A stretch of 57,215 bases of DNA, the filler included, from Dugesia japonica (Eukaryota): the NCBI GenBank assembly GCA_001938525.1. It is 6 parts of 6 records of this genome, joined end to end, with 100 filler letters (N's around TTAATTAATTAA, not from the genome) between each part and the next. Parts side by side here need not be neighbours in the genome. Positions count along the whole stretch, not along the records: positions 38,341 to 48,856 come from MQRL01635732.1; positions 48,957 to 57,215 come from MQRL01196957.1; 4 more parts are not named here. One strand, 5' to 3'. This document shows, one piece after another, positions 39,586-51,469 of the stretch (its first letter is position 1; every line of letters starts with the position of its first letter). The notes under the pieces were generated by a model that worked only from the letters and a program-made list of their open reading frames with translations, searched no databases and was not told the origin of the DNA. A program made the position numbers and the translations under genes.

Positions 39586-40380
39586 GTCAATATAACTCTC
39601 CCTTTATATACTTATTCAATAATTAATCCAAGTGTTGGGATGAAACACCCAGAAAAGAAATAACAGAGAAAGTGAGACCCCAAATAAGTAGAGTTTTAAC
39701 TCAATAAATAATAAAAAATAAGAATTAAAGAAAAATTAATCAAGTTAATTAAAGAAATAATCAAAAGAATTGGGAAAATAAAAAAATTAATGAATAAATT
39801 AATTAGAATGTGAAATATGGAGAGGTCCAATTAATTATAATTAAATTATAACGATAAATAAAATTAAAATAGGANNNNNNNNNNNNNNNNNNNNNNNAAA
39901 ATAGGTAATTAAGTAAAATAAGTAAACTAATTAATGAAAAAAGAAGAAGAGGGCAACAATTTTGGTCCAGAAGTTCGGAGAATAATGGAGTAAGAAAATC
40001 CGATAAGGCTGAAAGGAAGAAATCCGATTTGGTTAATTTTGAAAATTAAAACCCCTTGGAAAGATAAGGAAAGAGGTATTAAAGACAGGTCAATAAGAAG
40101 TCAGAAAAAAGAGAAAAGAAAACGAACTAAGTGTCATGTAGTTAATGAAAATAACCACCAATATTAGATAAAGAAAGATCAGGAAAAAAGGTAAGATTAA
40201 AATTAATCGCCAATAAAACGACATAAAAAGAGTTACAAGGTGTAAAGATCAATAAAATAAATAAATGTGTAAGACGGATAGTATTTAACCCCCCCTCCAA
40301 AATTTAGAAAAAAAGTCTAAAATTTATTCAGTCTTTAAAGAATCACTCAACTAGCTTTGCAAATCCTAATTTTTGTTACA
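39586..40380 (+). mobile_element. Purine-rich LTR-like repeat, related to 54645-55480
   Basis: Shared order: CCAATAAAAC, TATA-like box with C-tract, ATTTAGA..(G/A)TC(T/C)AAAATTT hairpin, TCAGT. Confidence 0.4.
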
Positions 40381-40469
40381 GTTCAATTAAAATTCTGAGT
40401 AAGACATTTGTTGTTTATTTTTATGTGTATTACGATATTGTACAATTTGTCAATGATCTTAGTTAATAA

Positions 40470-41830
40470 ATCATATTTTGCTGTTAAAATGAAAGTCAAA
40501 CATAAATATCCTCACAATTAATTAAACAAATGATCCGGGAACTGAGAACAGCTGTGGCAACAGGCGATTTTATTTCTTACTGCTTTTCTCTGCTTGATTA
40601 CCAGAAATAACATTAATGTCTCTCTTGCAGCACACCAATTGGTCTTCACATCACAATAGCTCATGAATTGACCTTACTATTCTAATATTGCTGTCCACAG
40701 ATTTAATATTATTGATGACATCCAAATCAGTATTTCATAATTTAATATAATCGGTCTTGTATAGATTTCAAGTGAGAAATTTTTAAATTACTATGATTTG
40801 TAAGAAATACTATATCATATTCTTTATAGCAATAAATTCTTTGCATATAAAAAAATATTTAAAAGGTTAGACAAAAGCAGTGTGGTTTTGATCTGATTGG
40901 CTCAAATTTAGTACTTATGCACGTGGAATATGCTCATGTATATTTTGGTGTTATTTTCATTTAAATGTGCTAAATGTGCTAATCTATATTCACTGAAAAC
41001 ACTTTTATCAATCTAAGGCTCTCTTGTATCATAGATTTTCACTTTTTCAAAATTCTGACTATATATTATCTAAAGAATATTTGGAGTAAAATGCTTCCTT
41101 TTTTATACAAAAGGTACTGGCGCATGTAAACAGCTGATGGGTTATCGTGCATTTGCAAAAATTGTTCTATTTCTTAAATTTATCGTCCAATCAAGACAAA
41201 TATAGTATGTTGGTACGTAATTAGATGACGCACATTACTATTATATTTCCAAAGTCACAAAACCAAAACCCGAATCAATATTTGACAAAAATTGCTTAAA
41301 AATCTATTTAAAAGAGGTTTACAAAACAATTTTTCATTCCAATCATTGTTTTGATTCTCTTCCATAGATTGATAAATTTAAATGTAATGGGTGTAACGCC
41401 ACATACATTAGAGAGACTTCTCGTCATTTCTGTACCAGAAATCAAGAGCATAGTCGAAATAGTGGTAGTAATAATATTGTTGAGCATCGGAGAAAATGTA
41501 GAAAATCAATAGATTGTTCTGATTTTAAAATCTTGTACAGTGGATTTAATAATTATTGGGAGAGAGTGATGTTTGAAGCTTTGTTGATAACGGCTTTAAA
41601 TCCTAAAATTAATGTTCAGTTGACAGATTCAACATTGCTCTTAAAATTATTTTATTGACTTTTTATTGAGATTGCACAATTAAAAATATATAATCATTTA
41701 AACTTTGTAAAAAAATTGTTTTAATATTCCTTAATTGCCTGAAGATGAAAATTATTCCGTCGAAATTGGTAGCAATATATAAATATTTTAAAAAATGGTG
41801 TTCAATAATTTAATTTTAAATTTTTATTGT
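40470..41830 (+). mobile_element. Penelope-like retroelement (degenerate RT, GIY-YIG endonuclease, pseudo-LTR)
   Basis: VR.LDDA RT remnant; FKCNGCNATYIRETSRHFCTRNQEH..IVEH..DFKIL..ERVMFEALLITALNPKINVQ (about 41370-41658). Confidence 0.9.
41734..41776 (+). ncRNA. Minimal type I hammerhead ribozyme
   Basis: Stem I ATTGC/GCAAT, core CTGAAGA...GAAA, rudimentary stem III TTGG, GTA cleavage triplet; located just 3' of a Penelope ORF. Confidence 0.7.
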
Positions 41831-42599
41831 TTACATACACATTGCATGTTCATTGTGCGTAGATTTCATGTGTACGAATGCATATAGTATGCGTATATCC
41901 ATATACCAATCTTCTTACTCCTCTTGAATCCGTGTCCATTGCCAGCCTTGTACAGTAGTATCGAGTAGCCACCTGAAAATATGCAACTTCATCAAATATC
42001 GACAGCAAGAACGACCATCAGTTAGCTATAAGTGTTTTAGATTTACTCTCCTGGTGTTTTACTCTGCTGTCTCTTGACTACAGGAACTGGTACAATAATG
42101 TACTAGCTTACTACCAGCTTAACAGCTGTGACACGGTTGTACAAAACCATGAAAATGTATCTCTGCTTATATTTTCACAGTGTAAAATAAGTTGTAATAT
42201 TAATGACATAGATATTCCTTTTAAGGTTTATCTTTCCCGAATAATACTTGAAACTATGCTTCCCTATTCGTAATTTTATTTGCTGACATTATAGTTCATA
42301 AAATTTGCTCGTCCACAAGGATTCTGAATAATCTTTATACCAATTTGAAATCTATCTAATTTTATAAGCTAAATTTCATCAAATATACTACCTGTTAGAA
42401 GTCTGTTTCATTTCCATCATATTTATTAAATGACAATCTAAAAAGGAGGAATAAATATATAAGTAATTATCATTTGAGCAAAAAATATACGTTAATCAGC
42501 AAACAAAAATTGACCTGTTATGCAACATACAAAATATTTGAACTCATAGTCTAATATAAATTATGCAACATGCAATTTTAATAATGATTTATAAATTAT

Positions 42600-42924
42600 A
42601 AACCGTTTAAAACCACTAGAAATAGTAAGAAATATATATTGGCTATTACATCAATTCAACAAGTATATTTCATTAACATCGGTAATTGACCAAACCGAAA
42701 AAACTGTAGCAAATACATTAAAAAATCAGTGGATTTTGAAATTCGGGGCACCTAAAATTATTACTTGTGATAGAGGAAGATTATTTGATTCGAGTTTGAT
42801 TAGAGAATTGACAGAAAAACATGGAATAGAGTTTAAATTCTCAAGTCCGTATCCTCTTTATAGTAATGGACAAATCGAAAGACAATTTCGAAGTATAAGA
42901 GAATTAATTATAAATTTATTATAA
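42600..42924 (+). mobile_element. Gypsy integrase core fragment
   Basis: WILKFGAPKIITCDRGRLF..SSPYPLYSNGQIERQFRSI. Confidence 0.9.
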
Positions 42925-43859
42925 ATTATTATAAATTATTATTATTTATTATAAATTATAATAAATATAAAATATCCTCACACTACTATTTTGTTTGTTT
43001 TAACTTTCTGGTAAGATTAATGCTGTTTTTTCTAATAAATCCTTTTAATTTGAATGATTCATTTTATTTTTAATAAATTAATTGTTTATTTTATCTTCTT
43101 TTTAATTAAGTTATTTATTGAATTCTCATCTTTCATTCTAAGAAAAATATTAAAACAATTTTAACTTTCTGTCTCGTAATAATTCATTTATTTATTCTTC
43201 TGTTGCTAATTATTAATTTAATTTAACATTTTTGTTCTTATTAATGAATTAATAGACATATTTGTTACTTAAAACTTCTTTGTATTCTCATTTTTATCGT
43301 CTTCTTTCTTTGTTATATTCTTTCAGTATTCATTCCAGTTGTTCTTTCTTATTATTTCATCTGACTCTGTATTTTCTTTCTACTCTTNCTTCGTTTCTGT
43401 CTGTTGATAGTTGTTCGCCGTTGATTTTTCCAGATGAATTATTCCTTAGGTCGCTTCATGCTGCATACCTTCTACTCCTTGGTCTTCATATTGTTTTCAT
43501 TTCTCAGCCTACTTAACAATTTTCTCTTTATTATCGATATTTTGGGGTGTTGTACCCCAGCAATATATGTAGTAAATATCGCTATCTGATTAAATTAATT
43601 CTTAGAAAACAAGTCATTCAATTTATTTTCAAAAAATATTTCAATATGATTTTAAAATTGTTAAATGTCAAATTAAATATGTCTAGCAGTAATCAAAATT
43701 TCATAAACCAAATAAAAAATATTAAACACACAAAACTCCAAAAATATATAATTTCTGATAAAAAAATACTAAAATTTATTAATCACAAAATTTCTATTAT
43801 TGGCACCATAGGTAATCAAGAAAATAATAGTGAAAATAATAATAATAATTCATTTTATT

Positions 43860-44271
43860 TTACAAAGACAAAAATTTGTCTTTGTTTTTCTGATATTCAT
43901 TCCACCTCCTTATAGCATAACTAAAGAAAAATCAAATAAATCATGTTACATATAAACAAATTACTCCAAATAATCAAAATCAATAACAGACTTCTGATAT
44001 TGCCAAATACTCCACATACACCACATTAAATGGGAAGCCTTATAATATATTTATATTATTTTTAAATAAAGGTAAAATTATCAAACCAGAGAAAATTTGT
44101 TAACCATTTTATACCAATGTTCAATTTCATTTTCGTCTAACCGATGTGAATCATTACTTTCAGCAAATCCATTCAATTCAGACGCATTGAGACGACATTC
44201 TAAATACTGACGGATCCATTTCTTTTGAAAGACTTCATTGGGAAACAAGGAATAGTCTGGCTTTTCTAATC
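43860..44271 (-). CDS. ETNK: Ethanolamine (choline/ethanolamine) kinase, last three exons: 44271-44087, 44038-43965, 43920-43860
   Basis: Spliced product GLEKPDYSLFPNEVFQKKWIRQYL..VNKFSLASHLMWCMWSIWQYQKSVIDFDYLDYAIRRWNEYQKNK..*; 48- and 44-nt GT-AG introns. Confidence 0.9.
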
Positions 44272-45202
44272 CTTAAAAATAAATTAATAATAATTGAAAG
44301 GATATTTTATCTATATTATGAATTTGTAGTTTACAAAATTAATAAATGACTGAGTTCAATTGAATGATATATTGATTAATAGATATGTTTGCGTTGCTGA
44401 TTCAGTAATATTGATTGTTTAAATCATAATGGTTTGTATTTATTCCTCAATTTCAGATATAGTAAGTAGATCAGCCACCTTGCCCTTCCTCCACTCTCAG
44501 TCGGTAAAGTGTACTATAAATTTGGTGATTTGAAAATTTTGCAATTTGATTTATCGACACGTTTTAGTAGAAACATTTTTTAATTTCAACTTTGATTAAT
44601 CGAAAATTTTGCACAAGAGAATTTAAATTTTGTAGCAAAATTTTCTTGATAAAAAATTGTTGAAGTATATCCATGGATACGTAATGCAATGATGGAGATT
44701 ACTATTTAGTTAAATTTTCATTCGGTAAAGAAATGTTAAAAATTGAAAAACCACGTAGAGTCATCATTCTATAAACACATATCATCGTAAAACCTGCACT
44801 ATTGAATAGACAATTAAACACTGCCTACACTATTTAAGGACTACTATCGCAAAAATCTTCATTTCCACGGAATTTCTGCCCCAAAGAACAAAAAACAGCA
44901 GCCGACTAATCGACTTGTAATAATAAAAGTGATAGTTGATTATTTAGTTAATAACATTTGGCATGAATTAATTAGCCAATTGTTTTAAATTTTAGCTCAG
45001 ACCACGATTAGGCGGTTCTTAAAGTCAAGGAACCTTACTCAACAATAATATTATATTAATACTAATCGTATTAGTAAAGTCAAAAATTTAAATAGTTTTC
45101 AATAATTACAGATTAAACAACTTTAAAAGCTTTCTGGGGTCGCGGGCCGCAGTTCACATTTTTCCACTTTTGCACTATCTTACCCTATTTATGACATGAT
45201 AT

Positions 45203-45520
45203 ATATATGCATAAGTTCACATCGTTTTAAGACGAATAATTTTTATTAATATTATTACAAATAACACAGTACATTCAATCAAAATATTTTTCATCGTTAT
45301 TCACGACTTTTCCCCATCTTTAGGTAAAAGATGAATGCCCTTATAAAAAAAGTCTTTGCTCTTGAATTGAATGTAAATGTCGATGAATTTTCGTGCTTCT
45401 TCAATATTCCCGAATCGTGTATCGGAAAGACTGCGCTGCATGGAACGAAATAAGTGAAAATCTAACGGGGCTATATCTGGAGAATAAGCCGGTTGTGGTA
45501 GAACTTCACATTTTAAAGCT
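45203..45520 (-). mobile_element. Mariner 3' fragment
   Basis: LPQPAYSPDIAPLDFHLFRSMQ..GIHLLP..WGKVVNNDEKYFD*; TA-flanked end. Confidence 0.9.
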
Positions 45521-45619
45521 TAAAATTAATAACAAGTTTGAATAAAATAAGAATCTTAAATAAAATTTTTCATAAAAATATAATTAAGGAAGAAAGTGTG
45601 CTGGCGATAGCTTACTGAA

Positions 45620-46620
45620 ATGTTAGTTAGATGGGTATGTCTGCATTTTGAAATCCAGCTCCTTTGTATCACCTTTATTTGCGTTTAAGGCTAATCAAAG
45701 GCAGAATTCAAGAGATGTTTGACTGAGAAAAATTTATTTCTTTGCATTTAATCACACAAAACGCTGTCTCATAAAGGTGGGTACTTCCAAGTATTGAAAA
45801 TAAGTGCAATCAAAAGTCGCATAAAATAGAACAATGTTGTTCAGAAAGAAGAGACCAAAATTGATTGATTGGAAGTGTGACTTTGCCTAATAAAAACTGG
45901 TAACTTTGTAAGTCACATAATCCAAGTTGCAAATCTTCATCAGTTCCTGATATAATCATGGTCAGCAGAGCATTTGAAAACACTGAAGCTTTCTTCAAAA
46001 TGCTGAAAATCTTGAAGTCACTCACCAAAGTTTATCATTCAGAATATCAAAAGTATCAAAAAAGCACGAAAAATCAATGTTCTCTATTTCTTTAGAAATA
46101 GCGTCGCATCTTGGAAAATGAATCAGATATCTTTTGAAGAGCTANNNNNNNNNNNNNNNNNNNNNNNNNNNNNNNNNNNNNNNNNNNNNNNNNNNNNNNN
46201 NNNNNNNNNNNNNNNNNNNNNNNNNNNNNNNNNNNNNNNNNNCTTTCGAAAAATTAACGTCTTGCAATAAACTTCCAAATCCATCATAGCCTTAATCCAG
46301 TTCTTCTAAAAAATGCTGAATATCATTACACATCCGCAAGAATTTTCCGGCCCTAAGTTAACGAACGGCAGAATGGAGTAAAACGTCAGAAAATTCCATA
46401 TTTAAATCTCTCAAGAAATCAAAAATTATCTAAGAGCTTTGTTGTTTATCGTAATGCGTGACATGACGACTGTGGTAGTGTTGTTGTACATTGTAATNTT
46501 CATAATGAAAATCGTTTCATTACAAATAAAACTTAAAACTCGCCCACTTTGTTCTTTTACCAGTTCTCTCAATTCCCAATCACCATTGAATTGATGCTTT
46601 TCGTCAGAGATTTCTCATTT
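45620..46620 (-). mobile_element. hAT Buster/Charlie-type transposase remnant
   Basis: LLHSAVR*LRAGKFLR (HxxVRWLS.G), QFWSLL, GSTHLYETAF C-terminal motif. Confidence 0.75.
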
Positions 46621-47129
46621 CTGAATCATCATAAAAGACTAAGATACTAAATCTAAAAAGACAATATTGAACATAATATGCATATAAATTTTACATTGCT
46701 AAAATACTTCAAGCTAGAAAATGAAATGATCGTATTAAAGATAGCGCTCAACCTTTTATTATTGCATTTAATTATGTATACATAATAATAGCTTTAAATA
46801 AAATCCACTTAAACCAAATGTTTGTTCCTTTAAATTTTACTGTTCAAGAGAAATATTCAATGTTAAACCATTGAATTATAGAAGGGTTGTCCAAAGGATG
46901 ATCCACACCCCTCTCTAATGAGGCTCGCGGTCTCTTCTAGAGAAAATTTATAAAATTAATATTTAGATGTTCACTTTTCGATTAAATTGAAAGCTACGAT
47001 CAAATGTTGCTTATTTTATTATTTTTTTAGTAGTTGTTAGTATTTTGAATTTTGTCATCTTCAGGAATTAACTTTTTGATTTATTTTATTTTATTGAATT
47101 TTAATTGGTAAATTTATTTAATTATTAAA

Positions 47130-47898
47130 AATTACATTGATTTTAGATCCATCTTCTTTAATTAGTAATTCTTGATGTTTCTTTCTGTGAAGTATAGAAA
47201 TGTAGCCTGTTCCTAGTGTTTTCCATGTTATATGATATTAGCTTAGTTTTCTTTTTATGAATTTGGATTTCTTAAATTCATTCTCATCTGAACAGGAATT
47301 TATTACACGAACTCTTTTATGATTACTAGAGCGGTGTGTCTTTATAATTTTGTCAATTAATTCTATATAATGATTATATGCATCATTGTCTTCTACCTTA
47401 TCATATTCATTATCACTTATATTGTCCTCATAATCACTAAAATCGTCCGTTTCTAGCTTAATTTTTCCATTTCTTCTTTTTTTGAGAATACCGTATTATG
47501 AAATTACCTTCACGACAATAAAATAAATAAAATAATTATTATAATAATGACTATTAGTGATATTATAATAATGAATATTAAATATATTTCCTTACTTCTC
47601 AGCTAATAATTGTCTTACCAGAAACAAAAATTATAACTACGATACTTAACATCAAATGAAATCTTCACGAAGTAATTACGGTATCATGGGTGAAATATCA
47701 CCCTAGATCAATTTTCTTTGTTGCGCAGCTAACAAAGTACTTAACAAAAGTGAACTTTAAATGATAATGGTATCCCTACTGACGTCATAAGTGATTACAC
47801 GAAAAATTAGTATTACCAGTAGTTCGGTTTTTTAAATAATATTAGAAAAACAATTGATGATGGGTGATTTTTCACTCATGATACTTTTTAAGAGTTAA
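47130..47898 (-). mobile_element. piggyBac 5' fragment
   Basis: TTAA|CTCTT terminus; subterminal inverted repeat GTATCATG(G/A)GTGAAA(T/A)ATCACCC at about 47681 and 47862; acidic N-terminus SDYEDNISDNEY..KRVRVINSCSDE. Confidence 0.65.
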
Positions 47899-48229
47899 GC
47901 ATAGTTTTTTAATTTATAAAAAAGCTATTATACCAAAATTTGGAATATGTTATCAATTACATACATGCAAAGATATGTCTAAACATATTNTCTTCAATCT
48001 ACGTGATATTGTACCTGTTATGATAGTTAAAACTCATGGCAAATTTGAATATATTTTTATTATCATAAGAAGTGCATTTAAACAAATATCAAAATACTTA
48101 ATTGATATTTATTCAATAAATATATTGCCACTTACAATACTACACATCAAATTATGAACTGATTTAACCAGATATGAAAGCTAGTTTCAGTCGATCATTA
48201 CCAATTTGATTGTTATTGTTTTCCTATTT

Positions 48230-48856
48230 AAACCTCGATTTATGACCTAGGGTGTACCTGAGTAGCTAACTCGTAAACCATGAAAAGTCTCGTTACATAA
48301 CCATACTTTATCTCATGTTTCAAATTCGTTTTGGCATAAATATTTGATGGTTTTGATGCCGTGGTATTAGATCGTTATTGTAGGACCTAATATTTTGCAT
48401 ACTTCATAATTTGCTTCTGCTTGTAATGACTCGATTATCAAATTTCCTGGAACTGTTGTATCAGATCTATAAACCACTTGGTTGAGTACCGTGTTAGTGT
48501 CTGTGTTAATAGAGTTATGTAATCCTAGAAGAACTTTATGAAGAACTTGCAATTATTTATGATCCGCATAGATAACATACGCTCTTAGAATATTTTTGAG
48601 AGTTCGAAGGAAACATTCCACTACATTATTACATTATGGATTTTCGATAATCATTATCAGAACTTATTGAAGGTTTCAGATATGAATTGACATCCTTGAT
48701 CCTAAATTACTATTTTTGTTGCACCTAATAATATACTTGTACACTAACTTTTTGATTCCGTAAACACATTGTAATTATTTTGATTCAAACGAAGTCTTAA
48801 AAATATAAGCTTGATAATTAATTTTTAATCTTGAAATCTAATAATCAAGGTTTCAC
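48230..48856 (-). mobile_element. Gypsy integrase remnant
   Basis: VECFLRTLKNILRA, LHKVLLGLHNSI..NQVVYRSDTTVPG. Confidence 0.75.
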
Positions 48857-48989
48857 NNNNNNNNNNNNNNNNNNNNNNNNNNNNNNNNNNNNNNNNNNNN
48901 TTAATTAATTAANNNNNNNNNNNNNNNNNNNNNNNNNNNNNNNNNNNNNNNNNNNNTTTTCTTTAATTAACTTTATCCTCTCGAGCTTG

Positions 48990-50605
48990 GTAATTTTTGA
49001 GAGGGATTATTGCGCTCCTTGGAATTTCTTGCTGAAATATGCTATTACTCGCTCTCTCCCCTGTTCCTCCAATCGTCTTAGCGCTGTGCCAATTGTGTAT
49101 CCTCTAGCATCCGTAGCTTGTATAAATGGTTTCTTGAAATCTGAGTCGACTAGTATTGGTGCAGTTAATAGCTTGTCTCGTAGCAATTCAAAGGCTTGTT
49201 GCTGTTCTGGTCCCCATATGAAGGCTGTATCTTGTTTAAAGAGATCCTGCATAGGTTTTGCTATTTTTGTGAAATCCTTAATGAATTTTTGATAATAATT
49301 TGCGAATCCAAGGAATTCTTATATTTTTAGTACACAATTTGATGCTGCGAGTTTCCTGATCTTTTCTGTGTTAATGGTCCGCCTTCTAAAATTAAGTGAC
49401 CCAAATAAGTGACCTTATTCTTTGCCCACTCAAACTTGATGGGTTGAATCTTTAGATTCCATTTCCGTAATCTGATAAATACATTGCATAAGTCTTCTAA
49501 ATGACCTTCAAATGTGGGTGAGTATATGACATACACTGAAATATGCCGTGTGTCACATAACTCATCATCCATTGAAACGATGCTGGTGCATAAGTGATTC
49601 CAAACAGCATACGAATGAATCGATTAAGATTTTCTTCCTATTTTTCATTATCGGTTTTGATGGGTGTTAATGTGCCTATTCTGGAGTTTGGTTTGATGGT
49701 GATATCTTTTTAATTAAAGTACTAGACTTATTGGTACTTCTCCGCTTTTGTTTATCGTGATCACTTCACCTGCTGTAGGTAATGCATATTGTTGTGCAAA
49801 TCCGTCATAAGGTTCGAAATAACAATCTCTTTCATATTCGCTTTTAGTGTTAACTACACTAAGCATCTGCTTGGCACCACAATTTCTTTTGTGGTGAATA
49901 CTTCGTGGTCCTTAACATAAGTATAACCCTCCAATGACTGTAAACACAATGTAGAGAAANTTAGCACTCCATCTCTCATCAGATCTGGTAGTAAGTCTGT
50001 GCCTAAAATGCACTGTCCGGTCATTTTGACGGCTATCATGTTGTGTCTGACTTTATTTTTAATATATTTTACTTCACATCGTATTTCTCCGAAGATTTTG
50101 AGACTACTCCCATTTGCCACGTCAGCCGTAGTATTTGTAGGTAATATGTTCTTATATTTCGTTTTGGCGATTTCCTCTATTGATAATAGTGAAATAGTTG
50201 CTCCGGTGTCAAATAGTGCTGAAATCGGTCTCCATTGATTTTGACCGGAATTATTAATAATGGTCCGCCTTCAAAGCTTGCACAATTTACTTCGGCTGGC
50301 CTTAAAGTTTTGCTCGACAGTTTGCTGTTCCCTTTCTTTCTGTCTTCGTTCTCGGTTTTGATATCTCGTCCAATCAGCTCTTACCATCGTGGTGGTATTA
50401 TTAATTCGCCTACATCTCTGATTTTCATTGTATGGGTTGTGGTAGTACGGCCATATTTGATATGCTATTATCGTTGGTGATTGGTTTCGTTGTCGTTGTG
50501 GATTTCGTCTGTTTGTATTTCCCTGGCTAGCACGTGGTTAACGTTCCGCAGTACTGTCTTGGATGGATAGACTCCTCAAGTCTAGTAATGCATCAGGACA
50601 TATTC
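48990..50605 (-). mobile_element. Gypsy element B: gag tail, protease, deleted RT, RNase H
   Basis: ALFDTGATISL..CILGTDLL; FIRMLFGITYAPASFQ; HLEDL..VTYLGH; FLGFANYY; FIWGPEQQQAFELLR; TDARGYTIG; VIAYFSKK. Confidence 0.9.
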
Positions 50606-51240
50606 TTGTTGAAAGCCAGTTCGTTCATTACCAACATCTTATTATACAGCCGAACTCCATCGAAATCGATTAAACAGATAACCTCTCCAATAAGCGATAC
50701 GTTTTTCTCGAAGGCCATGGTAATGTCTCCTTTGATAATTTTTATTTGATTAAACCGATAATCTCTAATCACTCTCTTATAAACTAGTGTTATGCTGGCT
50801 CCTGTGTCAATGATGCCAGTTATCCATTTCTCGTCAATTCGTATTCTTTTCCGTAAAAATGCAAAATTCGTTGTTGTCATGATGCAGATGGTTTGGGTTA
50901 ATAATCTGATAATTATCTGATTATTTGTTGCACACAGACTTTGGTCAATTGTCCTTCTATCGTTAACTGATAATTGTGCTACATTGTTATCTGTTAGTAA
51001 TGCAATGTTAGGGTATTGTGGTGAACAAATATATGTGGAATTGTACAATGGACCTTGTGCACACACTGGTAGTAGTTGCTTGTTTATTGGTGGCCAGCCA
51101 TGTTGTGGATAAGCGTTGTAATACATTTGAGCAGGTGCTGGTACGTTTTCAGTTCCGCCGAAACGAAGCGCATTTTTTATCCGTTGTAATTTACTAGTCT
51201 TCAAACATTGTTGTCTTTTGTAATCCACATCGTATTCCAT
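50605..51240 (-). pseudogene. Retropepsin aspartic protease of element A (C-terminally truncated)
   Basis: IRIDEKWITGIIDTGASITLV; lacks the closing ILG.D motif. Confidence 0.9.
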
Positions 51241-51469
51241 AGGTATATTAGGTAGTCCACTGCTTTATCCTCTATCGTCATCGCTGCTGTTGCTACAATC
51301 GTTACGGCTTTTTAATCTCTCTTTAAATTGATCGAATTATGATATTTACTTTTTACTGTTACCCTTTTCCTCGCATAGTAATCGTAATTGCATAACTACC
51401 TCCTTGTCAGATCCCCGTATCTGTCCGAGTTTGCGTATGAATCTTTTAACTTGATCTATGTCTTTTGAG

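Noticed and set aside
43547-43915. 122-aa plus-strand ORF
   Set aside because: Low-complexity AT-rich frame antisense to the kinase 3' end.
44600-44710. Upstream kinase exon (minus-strand ALRIHGYT)
   Set aside because: No room for the intervening catalytic exons and no clear splice sites.
48230-49300. Integrase belonging to Gypsy element B
   Set aside because: Order and strand fit, but an artificial linker separates them, so linkage is unproven.
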